Program-made: the position numbers and the translations under genes
Assembly: GCA_040904565.1 (NCBI GenBank)
Contig: JBBDTI010000065.1
Coordinates: 1 to 25,213, forward strand
Reading direction: 5' to 3'
Length of the DNA stretch: 25,213 nt
DNA from: Rhodothermales bacterium
Lineage (GTDB): Bacteria > Bacteroidota > Rhodothermia > Rhodothermales > VXPQ01
The notes under the pieces: generated by a model
Databases searched by the model: none
What the model was told of the DNA's origin: nothing
The model's input: the letters and a program-made list of their open reading frames with translations, nothing else
Part shown: positions 6,471 through 16,273 of the stretch, piece after piece
Position numbering within the stretch: position 1 is the first letter of the stretch
How the letters are laid out: each line of letters starts with the position of its first letter

Positions 6471-7181
6471 ATGGTACGGAAAGGTAATCTGACGTGGGCC
6501 GCGGTGCTGCTCCTCACGGGTCTGGCATTAGCCCCGATTCTGTCGCTAGGAGCCGTGCTTCCCGTTTCGGCACAGAATCTAAGATCGGAGGATTTGGACG
6601 TCCAGTTTTACCGTGCCGAGACGGCGCTAAAAAGCGGCGCCAGCGTGCTGGAAGCGAAGGCCCGCATCGATCGCGTCCTCACAGCTCGTCCGAACGACGC
6701 CGAAGCGTTGAAGCTGCGGTCGAGAATCCTCATGTCGATGGATCGGTACGACGACGCGCTCCGTGATGCGAAGCGGGCGGTCCAGCTGGTACCTTCCGAC
6801 GGCGAGGCGTACGTCATTCTTAGCGAGGCTGCCCGTCTGGCCGGCGACGACCACCTTGCGGTCGAGTCGCTCGACGCCGCTGCCGAACGGGTCATGGAGG
6901 ACGCCGAGTTTCACCTTCGCCTGTCGTGGAACGCAGCGCTGCTCGGTCACCTCGAGCGCAGCGAGGCGTACGCGCGTATCGCGCTGGCCCTCGACCCGGA
7001 GCGGGCGGCGGCCTATTACCAGCTCGCTCGCGTATTCGTCCAGCGCGATCAGCTCGCGGATGCCGCGTCTACGTTGGCTCGCGGGTTGGAGCAGGATCTT
7101 CTCGACCCGGTGGTCATCCTGTCAGATTCGCTGCTTGCTCCCTTATCCACCCATGAACAGCTGGACGGGATGCTGAATTAG
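6471..7181 (+). CDS. Exported tetratricopeptide-repeat protein
   Basis: Signal-like N-terminus ending VSAQ, then TPR-like helices (PNDAEALKLRSRIL...YDDALRDAKRAVQLVP; ALALDPERAAAYYQLARVF). Start uncertain; ATG 6471 chosen. Confidence 0.8.
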   Translation: MVRKGNLTWAAVLLLTGLALAPILSLGAVLPVSAQNLRSEDLDVQFYRAETALKSGASVLEAKARIDRVLTARPNDAEALKLRSRILMSMDRYDDALRDAKRAVQLVPSDGEAYVILSEAARLAGDDHLAVESLDAAAERVMEDAEFHLRLSWNAALLGHLERSEAYARIALALDPERAAAYYQLARVFVQRDQLADAASTLARGLEQDLLDPVVILSDSLLAPLSTHEQLDGMLN

Positions 7182-7298
7182 CCACCTGGATTCGCCACCT
7201 CTATTACGCCGGATCGCGGCACACGGGACGGCGTCTCGCTCTGCCTGCGTGGGTTCAGTCGGCCGCGTTCACGCTGCCTATCTCCACACGGCCTGTGT

Positions 7299-8177
7299 TC
7301 ACGCTGCCCGCTTGAAGCCGGAATAGCTAGTGACGCTGCGAAACCGCTGGACGGGTCGGAAGGGGAGGTGGATCAGCGTCTCGAACCGCGTTTCGTGTGG
7401 GAGCCATGCGCCGGAAGGCAGCTCGCGGACGCTCATGAAGAGCGAGGTTTCTTCGCGGAACCAGAGTGCTGCGTCACGGCGGTCGATCCGGATACCCACG
7501 AGCCGGTTCCCCGACGGATCGACGAATACCTGCGCGCCGCGTATCGATTGCCGGTCTCCTACGCCCGGCAGCGCTCGAACGGAGACGACAAACACCGAGC
7601 GTCCGTTCAGCGTCGTGTCTCGCACCTCATAGTCGTAGGCCTCCATGGATCGCTGTTGGGCGTAGGCGGGATCTTCGGGAAACACGTAATCGGGAAGGTT
7701 GGACGACAGGTCTCCTTCATCGCTGCGCCCGAGAAATCGGCGAGCATAGCCGAAGTCGAAGTCGCCGGCGGACTCCAGCTCGACGATGCGGATGCCGCCG
7801 GGCTCGTGGTGGATGCGACGCTCCTGATAGGCAATGCGCCCACCGTCTGCGTCCAGCTGCTCCGTACGCTCGTGACGAATGAAGGTCATCGTAGAGAGCT
7901 CTTCATAGGCAGCGCGCATGGCCTCTTCGTCGATCTGCTGAAGCAGCGATACGATCGAATCGGCCCTGGCCAGTTCGTCCGGCGAGCGAATCGGAAGGAC
8001 GTCCGAGTTCACTCTCGAGCCGATTCCGGAGTCTGCCTCCGACGACGCGTTCGGTCCCGCTCCGCCGCAGCCGGTCGCCAGCGCGACACTCGCCGCAAGA
8101 AATGCTGCCAGGCACAGCGCGACGGGTGACGCGTTACAAGGTTGTTTGAAACGAACGATCGACGAAGCGAGCACCAA
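7299..8177 (-). CDS. Hypothetical lipoprotein, possibly LolA/MucB-RseB-like beta-sheet fold
   Basis: Hydrophobic stretch ending ATGC (lipobox-like). The segment YDYEVRDTTLNGRSVFVVSVRA...QVFVDPSGNRLV resembles the LolA-like superfamily (inference). Start is TTG 8177 or GTG 8174. Confidence 0.7.
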   Translation of the reverse strand: MVLASSIVRFKQPCNASPVALCLAAFLAASVALATGCGGAGPNASSEADSGIGSRVNSDVLPIRSPDELARADSIVSLLQQIDEEAMRAAYEELSTMTFIRHERTEQLDADGGRIAYQERRIHHEPGGIRIVELESAGDFDFGYARRFLGRSDEGDLSSNLPDYVFPEDPAYAQQRSMEAYDYEVRDTTLNGRSVFVVSVRALPGVGDRQSIRGAQVFVDPSGNRLVGIRIDRRDAALWFREETSLFMSVRELPSGAWLPHETRFETLIHLPFRPVQRFRSVTSYSGFKRAA

Positions 8178-8192
8178 TTTATCAGGTATAGC

Positions 8193-8996
8193 GTGGAAAA
8201 GTACGAGCGGGAGTTGTCTGCCGCCGCACGAGCGGCAAGGCAGGCAGGAGAACTCATCAAGGCGCGCGCGGGAAGCATTCGGGAGGCCGACGTACGCAAA
8301 AAAGGCCTCAACGACCTCGTTACAGAAGTCGACGAAGCCGCGCAGGCCGTAGTAATACGCACGCTGCAGGAGACGTTTCCCGATGCCCTTTTTCTGGCCG
8401 AGGAGGGGGAGGCCTACAGCGACGACGTGGCCGACGAGCCGTTGTGGATCATCGATCCTATCGACGGAACGACTAACTTCACGCGGGGCGTGCCGCCGTA
8501 TGCGGTGAGCATCGGCTTGCGGGACGGTGACGGGATGGCGGTCGGCGTGGTTCTGGACGTGCCGCGCGGAGAGCTGTTTTCTGCCGTCAGAGGCGAGGGC
8601 TTTTTCGTGAACGGCGTGCCCTACGCCGTGAGCCGGACGCAGCGCGTGGCAGACAGTCTCATTACCACGGGTTTTCTATATCGAGAGATCGATCAGATCG
8701 ACGTCTATCTCGAAGTGCTCGGCGCGTTCATGCGGCGGTCGCGCGGGATGCGGCGACCGGGATCCGCAGCCGTCGACCTGGCCTACGTAGCCGCGGGGCG
8801 CTTCGACGGGTTCTACGAGACGGGCCTGCAGGCCTGGGACGTGGCGGCGGGCATGCTGCTCGTGGAGGAAGCGGGCGGGCGTGTGACGACCTTCCGTGCG
8901 GACGGCGATCCCCTGTTCGACGAGCAGCTTCTCGCCTCGAACGGACGCATTCACCAGGAAATGATGGATATGCTGGCCCCGATGCGCGACGGGTAG
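8193..8996 (+). CDS. suhB: Inositol monophosphatase family protein (SuhB)
   Basis: Motifs DLVTEVD, LAEE, WIIDPIDGTTNF, RRPGSAAVDLAYVAAGRFDGFYE and WDVAAG. GTG 8193 chosen as start to avoid overlap with the divergent gene. Confidence 0.95.
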   Translation: MEKYERELSAAARAARQAGELIKARAGSIREADVRKKGLNDLVTEVDEAAQAVVIRTLQETFPDALFLAEEGEAYSDDVADEPLWIIDPIDGTTNFTRGVPPYAVSIGLRDGDGMAVGVVLDVPRGELFSAVRGEGFFVNGVPYAVSRTQRVADSLITTGFLYREIDQIDVYLEVLGAFMRRSRGMRRPGSAAVDLAYVAAGRFDGFYETGLQAWDVAAGMLLVEEAGGRVTTFRADGDPLFDEQLLASNGRIHQEMMDMLAPMRDG

Positions 8997-9008
8997 ACCG
9001 CGTACGGG

Positions 9009-10466
9009 TCACTCGACGCTGTAGACTAGAAGCGACTCCAGTTCGTATTCGATCTTGGAGCGGTCGAGCCGTTCCAAGCCGCTGCGTTCACCGGGAAGCG
9101 TGCAGTAGACCGTCGTGCCGCGCTGCTCGGACGACGTGACGCGTAGCGTGCCGCCGGTCCGCTGCAGCGCATACCGCGCGAGGATGAGCTCGAGCCCGGT
9201 GTTCTCCGATACGAACGTGCGTTCACACGAATGCCCGAACGGGTCGTCCAGAATCTGCGACAAATCCCGCTCGATGTAGCTGTCGGGGTCGTGAACCGAC
9301 AGCGTGACGCCCGAGCTGTGGGCAAACCCGCAGAGTGATGCAGCCGACGCCGATGAGACGAGCCGTGCGCGGCGAAGCAGGGCCAGCACGGCAGCAGCAA
9401 GCAGTTTCGGGTCGACGCAGACCGTGAGTCCATCGAATCCGGCCGTGTGTACGTTCCGGAAATAGGAGCCGTCTCTGAGCACGTCCATAAACGGCCTTAG
9501 CTCGAAATTCCATCGCACCACGTCTTGCTCCTTATCCGTCAGCAGTTCGGCAAGCTGCGTGTAGTCGAGCACGAGCCGCTGCAGTTTCTCCGTCGATTCC
9601 AGGGCGATGTCCATCAGCTCCGATCGAAGGATCTCCTCGTCGTCCCGCTGCATGAGATCCAGAGACGAACGAAGCGGCGCCAGCGGCGTGCGGAGCTCGT
9701 GTGAGAGGATGGAGATGAAGTCCTGCTTCAACCGGGTCAGTTCCTCGATCTTTTCGCGCCGGCTGCGCTCGACGGAGCTCGACACCGTCGCTTCGAGGCG
9801 CTTGAGCAGCTCCAGCCCGTGCTGAACGACGTGCGTCCGCAGGCGCAGCGAAAGCACGTAGGTGATGACGCAGAAGGCCGCGAGATAGCCGACCAGCACG
9901 ACCGAACGAAAAGGTTCATCCACATACACGGCCACTTCCGGAAGCAAGACGGGGGCCATCGCGATGTCGGCGGCAAGCGTACCTCCTGTCGCGAGCAAGA
10001 CGGCTGCTGCGAGCGCCGCCGTTAACCGGGGATCCCCGTATATCGTGTAGGCGAGCAGGAACAGCGTAAAGAAGCCGACGAGGGTTGCGTTGGGGTCGAC
10101 GACCATCTCGAAGTAGAAGACGTGACGTACGACCAGAAGAGCGGCAACGTCGACGGCCATGTACACCCAACGTACCGCCGCCGAGCGCATCCCTATCGTC
10201 GTCCACGCCACGAAATTGGCAGCGACGTAAGCGGCCAGGATGGCGACGACGAGGCTCATCGGCCACGATCCCTGCATGACATCGATGGAGAGAAATCCCA
10301 CGAGGCCCACCGCAAAGATCGTTCGCGCACCGAGAAACCATCTGTCCAGGTCGCGGCCGCGCTCGACGAGGAAACGCCGTATTCCGCCTGCGAGCTCGGA
10401 AGGGTAGTTCGGCTCGGGATCGCCGAGCATGAAAAAGCGAAAAGCGGCAGATGCCGGCTTAATCAT
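9009..10466 (-). CDS. Membrane-bound HisKA-family sensor protein with degenerate HATPase domain (putative pseudo-histidine kinase)
   Basis: Several N-terminal TM helices and an intact H-box FISILSHELRTPL. The N, G1 and G2 boxes are substituted. ATG 10466 has GGAGGT upstream; GTG 10487 is an alternative start. Confidence 0.85.
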   Translation of the reverse strand: MIKPASAAFRFFMLGDPEPNYPSELAGGIRRFLVERGRDLDRWFLGARTIFAVGLVGFLSIDVMQGSWPMSLVVAILAAYVAANFVAWTTIGMRSAAVRWVYMAVDVAALLVVRHVFYFEMVVDPNATLVGFFTLFLLAYTIYGDPRLTAALAAAVLLATGGTLAADIAMAPVLLPEVAVYVDEPFRSVVLVGYLAAFCVITYVLSLRLRTHVVQHGLELLKRLEATVSSSVERSRREKIEELTRLKQDFISILSHELRTPLAPLRSSLDLMQRDDEEILRSELMDIALESTEKLQRLVLDYTQLAELLTDKEQDVVRWNFELRPFMDVLRDGSYFRNVHTAGFDGLTVCVDPKLLAAAVLALLRRARLVSSASAASLCGFAHSSGVTLSVHDPDSYIERDLSQILDDPFGHSCERTFVSENTGLELILARYALQRTGGTLRVTSSEQRGTTVYCTLPGERSGLERLDRSKIEYELESLLVYSVE

Positions 10467-10655
10467 TCGCAAAGAACCCACCTCCACTGAACGACATACT
10501 TCGGATTTGTACTCTATGCATGAATACGAAGAAAAATACGTAATTAGGAATTTGGCGTGAAGGGGATCGCGGGCGTGCTAGCGTACCACGGCACGGATCA
10601 CTAGTTTTGTGACCCTGAGACGACACTCTTGCAACGATGAGGATCGACATCCAAC

Positions 10656-11495
10656 ATGGAAATATCGGGTAACGGGTTACTGAAGGGAAAGAAGGGCGTG
10701 ATCTTCGGTGCGCTGAACGAGGACAGCATCGCCTGGTCCATCGCGCTGGCTGCGCATCGAGAAGGCGCTCGTTTCGTTCTCTCCAACGCTCCGGTCGCGC
10801 GCCGGCTGGGCAAGCTCGACGAACTGGCCGAGCAGACGGACAGCTCCGTCATCTGGGCGGACGCGACGAGCGCTGAGGAACTGGGCGACCTCTACGCGCA
10901 GGTCGGGGAGGAGCTAGGGAAACTGGACTTTATCGTGCACTCTATCGGCATGGGAGTGAACGTCCGCAAAGACCGCCCCTATGAGGACCTGAATTATGAC
11001 TGGTATCACAAGACGCTCGATATCTCGTCGATCAGCCTCCACCGGATCGTGCATCACGCGCTTGAAGGAGATGCGCTCAACGACGGGGCCTCCGTCATCG
11101 CACTGTCGTACATCGGGGCGCAGCGTATTTTTTCGAAGTATTCCGAGATGGGGGATGCGAAGGCCCTGCTCGAAAGTATCGTACGGTCGTTCGGATACCG
11201 CCTAGGAAAGCGCGGCATCCGCATCAATGCGATTTCGCAGAGCCCGACGCGGACCGTGGCCGGTTCGGGCATTACGGGATTCGACGCGATGTTCGATTTC
11301 GCCGATCGCCTGTCGCCACTCGGCAATGCGGATGCCCAAAGCTGCGCGGACTACGCCGTGACGCTGATGAGCGACTATACGCGCATGGTTACGATGCAGA
11401 CCCTCTTTCACGACGGCGGCTTCAGCGCCATGGGTATGTCCGACGCCTTCGTCGAAGACCTCGTGGAACTCTTCGGTGACGAGTCCGATGACTAG
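10656..11495 (+). CDS. fabI: Enoyl-[acyl-carrier-protein] reductase FabI
   Basis: Motifs LKGKKGVIFGALNEDSIAW, LDFIVHSIGM, catalytic YSEMGDAK, INAISQSP and TMQTLFHDGG. Bacteroidota-type FabI. Confidence 0.95.
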   Translation: MEISGNGLLKGKKGVIFGALNEDSIAWSIALAAHREGARFVLSNAPVARRLGKLDELAEQTDSSVIWADATSAEELGDLYAQVGEELGKLDFIVHSIGMGVNVRKDRPYEDLNYDWYHKTLDISSISLHRIVHHALEGDALNDGASVIALSYIGAQRIFSKYSEMGDAKALLESIVRSFGYRLGKRGIRINAISQSPTRTVAGSGITGFDAMFDFADRLSPLGNADAQSCADYAVTLMSDYTRMVTMQTLFHDGGFSAMGMSDAFVEDLVELFGDESDD

Positions 11496-11734
11496 CAGGG
11501 CCTTGCGATGGGTGTTGCGATAGGCGTAGATGACCGTCCAACTTCAGGTAATTGCCAAATGGGACAAACTTTCCGTTCTTCTAGGTGGTACACGTCGGCG
11601 AAGCGATCCGGTCGAAGGGTCTACATCGATTTCTCGTGCCGGATGCGTGCAGGCGTGTGCGCATCGCTGCCGGGAGGCGGGGCACGGTCCGGCCGATCAA
11701 GAACGTCGAACAATCTCAGCATCAGGAAGAGAAG

Positions 11735-12475
11735 ATGATTCGCATCATCCTTTCGGTCATTGTGATGAGCGTTCTGCTCTCAGGCATTGCGCAGGGTCAG
11801 TCCGATTCGGCGGACCTTCCCCTGTATTACGCCGTCGAGCGGAATGCAATCGTCTATTCGGCGCCGGACTCATCAAAGCCCTCCTTCGAGATCAAGCTGC
11901 GTGAGCCTGTTGTCATGCTCCGCGATCTGGAGGGCTGGATGCAGATACGGACGGAGGATGGGTCGGTCGGATACGTCTCCGCCCATGCCGTGTCGAATGT
12001 CTGGATGCGTGTTTCGAAGAAGTCGAGGACGCTGTTCGTGTATCGCGGCACGGAACTCGTTCGCGAGATTGCGGCGGACTTCGGCTATAATGCGTTCGCG
12101 AATAAGGTCAAGCGAGGAAGCTTGCAGGAGCCGGACCACTGGCGTACGCCGGACGGGGTGTTTTACGTCGTTCGCAAAAATCCACGCAGCCAGTTCTATA
12201 AGGCTTTCGTACTGAACTATCCGACAGCAAAAGATGCGGAACGCGGACGCGAACAGAATCTTATCAGTCAAGCCCAGTATGACGCCATCGTACGGGCCGA
12301 GGAAGAGGTGCGTATGCCGCCGATGAATACGGCACTCGGCGGGTTCATCGAGATTCACGGGCGCGGAACGGGCGCCGGCATAAACTGGACCCAGGGATGC
12401 GTGGCCGTGCACGACTATGAGATCGATCATATCTGGCAGCTTGCCCAGGTCGGGACGCCGGTGCTGATCGAATAG
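11735..12475 (+). CDS. Secreted L,D-transpeptidase (YkuD family) with N-terminal SH3b-like domain
   Basis: Signal peptide MIRIILSVIVMSVLLSGIAQG, SH3b-like GWMQIRTEDGSVGYVSA, then RTPDGVFYV, LNYP and the catalytic IEIHG...WTQGCVA motif. Confidence 0.92.
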   Translation: MIRIILSVIVMSVLLSGIAQGQSDSADLPLYYAVERNAIVYSAPDSSKPSFEIKLREPVVMLRDLEGWMQIRTEDGSVGYVSAHAVSNVWMRVSKKSRTLFVYRGTELVREIAADFGYNAFANKVKRGSLQEPDHWRTPDGVFYVVRKNPRSQFYKAFVLNYPTAKDAERGREQNLISQAQYDAIVRAEEEVRMPPMNTALGGFIEIHGRGTGAGINWTQGCVAVHDYEIDHIWQLAQVGTPVLIE

Positions 12476-12706
12476 GTACGCTCCTGCAAGAGGGACGGCG
12501 AACTTCAAAGGAAGAAAGGGGGAATGGACGCCCGGAGGCGCATCATCGCCCGCGGTCGGTCGTCTTACCAACAAGTGTTGCACCATCAGATGTTACTGCG
12601 TGTATCGTCGTACGGCCGGCTAATGCCGGGCTTACGCTGGCGGGCAGCCGTTCCTGGTGCGACCCTCACTAGAGCACCCATTTTCGCGTCGAACGAGTAG
12701 TGATTT

Positions 12707-13318
12707 ATGTCTGAATCTGTGGCGACATCGACGTATGAGTCCAACAACCATAACAAACATACGGAGACGAACTGGCTCTACCGGAAACATCTCGAGGGCT
12801 TCTACTCCGAACTGATCGATGCCATCGGGCGAACGGAATGCGATTCCCTTCTCGATGCCGGGTGTGGCGAGGGGTTCGTGCTCGATGCCGTGGCGAAGGA
12901 GTACCCGGATATGCGGCTATCCGGCATCGATGTAAGTGAGAAAGCCATCGAGTACGCCAAGAGCCACTTCGGCGATCGGGCGCGCTTCCGTCCCGGAAGC
13001 GTCTATAAACTTCCGTTCTCCGACAAGTCCTTCGACACCGTGCTGTGCAGCGAGGTGCTGGAGCATCTGGAAGACCCGAATCGGGCCATCGAAGAACTGA
13101 AGCGCGTCGCGCGGAAATACGTCATCATCTCCGTACCGCACGAGCCCTATTTCCGCTGGTTGAACAAGCTGGGCCGGCTCGTCGGCGTGGCTGAGGATCC
13201 CGGCCACGTAAATTTCTGGACGTCAACGACCTTTCCGGCGTTTATTCGGGCGCATTTCGACAATCCTGAGTTCATATGGAAGCAGCTGTACCAGATTGCC
13301 GTCGCGCCTGTTAAATGA
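12707..13318 (+). CDS. Class I SAM-dependent methyltransferase
   Basis: Motif I LLDAGCGEG, GIDVS, and LPFSDKSFDTVLCSEVLEHL. Confidence 0.93.
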   Translation: MSESVATSTYESNNHNKHTETNWLYRKHLEGFYSELIDAIGRTECDSLLDAGCGEGFVLDAVAKEYPDMRLSGIDVSEKAIEYAKSHFGDRARFRPGSVYKLPFSDKSFDTVLCSEVLEHLEDPNRAIEELKRVARKYVIISVPHEPYFRWLNKLGRLVGVAEDPGHVNFWTSTTFPAFIRAHFDNPEFIWKQLYQIAVAPVK

Positions 13319-13424
13319 CGACGGAACGGACGCTCACCCCCGGGAGATACTCGTGGACGGCCGTGAATCTTCGCGCTGAGGCCGTTCGTATCAGAAAAGA
13401 TATCCAGCCCGATGCGACGCTTCC

Positions 13425-14864
13425 ATGACTACCTTCCCGGGACGATGCACGCTCTTTTTGATCGCCGCCGCGTTCCTCGCGGTTACGCTGCAGGCGCGTC
13501 CGATTATCCAGGATGGGACGCAGGATGCAGTGCCTGCAGTGGACTCCGTCGTCGTGGAGGGTGTCTCGGACGGTCCCGTTTACGTCGTCCCCATCGAGGG
13601 TACCATCGATAATGTGCTCGCTCGATACGTGGCGCGCGCCGTAATGGATGCTGAGGCGTCGGGGGCGGCCCTGATCGTCTTTCAGATCGACACGTTCGGC
13701 GGACTCGTGGATGCCGCCGATGCCATTCGCAAGACGATCCTCAACGCGCAGCCCACGACCGTCGCATTTATCAACCGCAACGCGGCGTCTGCCGGGGCGC
13801 TCATCTCGTACGCCACGGATCGTATCGTGATGGTCCCGGGCTCGTCTATTGGTGCGGCCACGGTCGTTCAGGGCGGTACGGGTGAGGCGGCGCCCGACAA
13901 GTATCAGAGCTATATGCGTGGCCTCATGCGCTCTACAGCCGAGGCCAACGGGCGGGATCCGCGCATAGCGGAGGCGATGGTCGATGAGAGCATTGCTATC
14001 GAGGGGATCTCCGAGGCCGGTCAGGTGCTTACGCTCTCCGCGGAAGAGGCGCTGCGGCTCGGCGTGGCGGATGCCGTAATGGGCGATCTGGATGCGGTCG
14101 TCGGGCAGGCCGGATACGCGGAGGCCCGTCTCGTGGCCCATCAAGCAACCGCTCCGGAACGTCTCCTTCGATTCCTGAGCTCCCCCATCCTCCAGTCGCT
14201 CCTCATGCTGATGATGATGGGCGGCCTGTACTTTGAGCTGCAGACGCCCGGGGTGGGATTCGCCGGAGCTATGGCCGCTATCGGGGCGGCGCTGTTCTTC
14301 GCACCGCACTACATGATCGGGCTCGTAGAGAGCTGGGAGATCGTGCTGTTCGGCATCGGCGTCGTACTCTTGCTGGCCGAGATCTTCGTCATTCCCGGTT
14401 TCGGAGTGGCGGGCATCTCCGGTCTGCTTCTCGTCGTGGGATCGCTCTTCGCCGCCCTGGTCGGTAACGTGGGCCTGGCCTTCCCGCCGGCCGACGATAT
14501 CGCTTCGGCCATTCTGACGATGGCCGTTACGCTCGTGCTCCTCGTCGCCCTGATGTTCTCGCTTGGACGCTATCTGCCTTCTTCGGAGCGCTTCAGTCAG
14601 CTGGTGCTGGCACCGGATCTTTCCAGCATCTCGGGCTACGTATCGGCCGATACGGTGGACGACCTGGTCGGGCGTACCGGGGTGGCGGTCACGCCGCTCC
14701 GACCGTCGGGTACGGCGGAGGTGAACGGCGACCGGGTCGACGTGATCGCCGTCAGTGAATTTATTCCCGCCGGCACGGCCGTGCGCATCGTTCGCGTGCG
14801 GGGAAGCCGCGTGGAGGTACGCCGCGCGCAGGCTGCCGCAGCCGGCGAAACATCCTCCGTTTGA
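13425..14864 (+). CDS. nfeD: Long NfeD (NfeD1b/YqeZ-like) membrane-bound ClpP-class serine protease
   Basis: Signal peptide, then IDTFGG, AASAG (Ser) and APDKYQSYMR (Lys). Multi-TM region with FELQTPG and LLAEIFVIPGFGVAG. C-terminal OB fold LVGRTGVAVTPLRPSG. Confidence 0.93.
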   Translation: MTTFPGRCTLFLIAAAFLAVTLQARPIIQDGTQDAVPAVDSVVVEGVSDGPVYVVPIEGTIDNVLARYVARAVMDAEASGAALIVFQIDTFGGLVDAADAIRKTILNAQPTTVAFINRNAASAGALISYATDRIVMVPGSSIGAATVVQGGTGEAAPDKYQSYMRGLMRSTAEANGRDPRIAEAMVDESIAIEGISEAGQVLTLSAEEALRLGVADAVMGDLDAVVGQAGYAEARLVAHQATAPERLLRFLSSPILQSLLMLMMMGGLYFELQTPGVGFAGAMAAIGAALFFAPHYMIGLVESWEIVLFGIGVVLLLAEIFVIPGFGVAGISGLLLVVGSLFAALVGNVGLAFPPADDIASAILTMAVTLVLLVALMFSLGRYLPSSERFSQLVLAPDLSSISGYVSADTVDDLVGRTGVAVTPLRPSGTAEVNGDRVDVIAVSEFIPAGTAVRIVRVRGSRVEVRRAQAAAAGETSSV

Positions 14865-14927
14865 GCCGTACACCCCGAAGTCGACACGCCCCACAAAACA
14901 CACGCCTGCACTGACGTCGCTCCGCAA

Positions 14928-15425
14928 ATGGAATTTCTGATCCCCATAGCACTCATTCTGGTAGGTCTCGCGCTGATCGCGGTCGAGGTGTACCTTGTGC
15001 CGGGATTCAACGTCGTCGGCGTGTTCGGATTCGTCGTAATTCTTTTTGCGATAGGATATGCTTTTTCCGAGGCCGGGCTCGTCGGAGGGATCTATTCCCT
15101 GCTGGGCACCGTCGTCGTCGGGGGTGGACTGTTTTACTGGATGTGGACCTCGGGGGCATGGGATCGGTTCGTGCTCGCCACGAACCTGCGGGCGGATGAA
15201 TCCGATACGGAACGCGAGAGCGAGCACCGGGCAAAATATCTCGGGAAGACCGGCACGGCCATGACACCGCTCCGGCCGACGGGCGTCGCCGAGATCGACG
15301 GTGAACGAATCGAGGTCGTTACGGAGGGTGAATTCATCGCCGCCGGAAGCAAGGTGCGCGTCGTGGCCATGGACCGGCGCCGCTTCTTCGTGCGCCTGGC
15401 CGTGGCGGAGGAGTCTCCCTCGTAG
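14928..15425 (+). CDS. Short NfeD-family protein (TM region plus C-terminal OB fold)
   Basis: LIAVEVYLVPGFNVVG, YLGKTGTAMTPLRPTG and GEFIAAGSKVRVV. Homologous to the C-terminal part of the upstream NfeD. Confidence 0.92.
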   Translation: MEFLIPIALILVGLALIAVEVYLVPGFNVVGVFGFVVILFAIGYAFSEAGLVGGIYSLLGTVVVGGGLFYWMWTSGAWDRFVLATNLRADESDTERESEHRAKYLGKTGTAMTPLRPTGVAEIDGERIEVVTEGEFIAAGSKVRVVAMDRRRFFVRLAVAEESPS

Positions 15426-15432
15426 TCCGGGT

Positions 15433-16257
15433 TCATCCCAGCGCGACGTCCAGCACCATCATTATCGAAAAGCCCACCATCGCCCCCATCGTCGCCAGAT
15501 CCGTGTTGCCGTGATACTGAGACTCAGGGATGAGTTCTTCGACGACGACGAAGATCATCGCACCGGCTGCGAAGGAGAGTGCATAGGGGAGGATGGGCGT
15601 TACGGCGAGAACGGCCCACGCGCCCAGCACGGCTGAAATGGGCTCGACGAAGCCCGATAGCTGGCCGTACCAGAAGCTCTTTCCGGCACTCATGCCTTCG
15701 CCGCGCAGGGGCATGGAGACGGCGATGCCCTCCGGGAAATTCTGGAGGCCGATGCCGATCGCCAGCGCGACCGCGGCGGCGAGCGTGCCGCCGGTAGCGA
15801 GATCCATCTCGATGGCGGCCGCGCCGAATGTAACCCCGACGGCCAGTCCCTCCGGAATATTGTGAAGCGTGATCGCGGAGACGAGCAGCGTAGCACGCCG
15901 CCAGGATGACGGTACCCCTTCCGCATCGCTGACCTCCATACTGGGATGCAGGTGGGGAAGTACGGAGTCCATGCCCCGCAGAAAAATGCCGCCGAGCAGG
16001 AAACCCACGAGTGCGGGCACCCACGCCGTCGACCCCTGGTGGACGGCCATGTCGATCGAGGGCACGAGGAGCGACCAGAAGCTGGCGGCGATCATGACGC
16101 CGGCCGCGAACCCCATCATCGCATCGAGGAGCCTACGATGCACGCGGCGGGTGAAGAAAACGAGGGAGGCACCGAGCGCCGTTACGCCCCAGGTGAAGCA
16201 TCCGGCCAGGAGAGCCTGTACGAGCGGAGAAAGGTCTTCGAACCAGGTCGGGATCAT
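15433..16257 (-). CDS. ZIP family divalent metal (Zn) transporter, GufA/ZupT-like
   Basis: Motifs [20 protein letters not shown] loop, [25 protein letters not shown] and [17 protein letters not shown]. Confidence 0.96.
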   Translation of the reverse strand: MIPTWFEDLSPLVQALLAGCFTWGVTALGASLVFFTRRVHRRLLDAMMGFAAGVMIAASFWSLLVPSIDMAVHQGSTAWVPALVGFLLGGIFLRGMDSVLPHLHPSMEVSDAEGVPSSWRRATLLVSAITLHNIPEGLAVGVTFGAAAIEMDLATGGTLAAAVALAIGIGLQNFPEGIAVSMPLRGEGMSAGKSFWYGQLSGFVEPISAVLGAWAVLAVTPILPYALSFAAGAMIFVVVEELIPESQYHGNTDLATMGAMVGFSIMMVLDVALG

Positions 16258-16273
16258 GTCCAGGTCAGGATGC

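Noticed and set aside
7267-7308. 12-bp direct repeat GTTCACGCTGCC duplicating the lipoprotein stop region
   Set aside because: Two short copies only; looks like a local duplication, not a CRISPR array or insertion target site.
13311-15227. 638-aa antisense ORF spanning the nfeD genes
   Set aside because: Shadow ORF opposite two clearly recognisable genes in GC-rich DNA, with no recognisable motifs.
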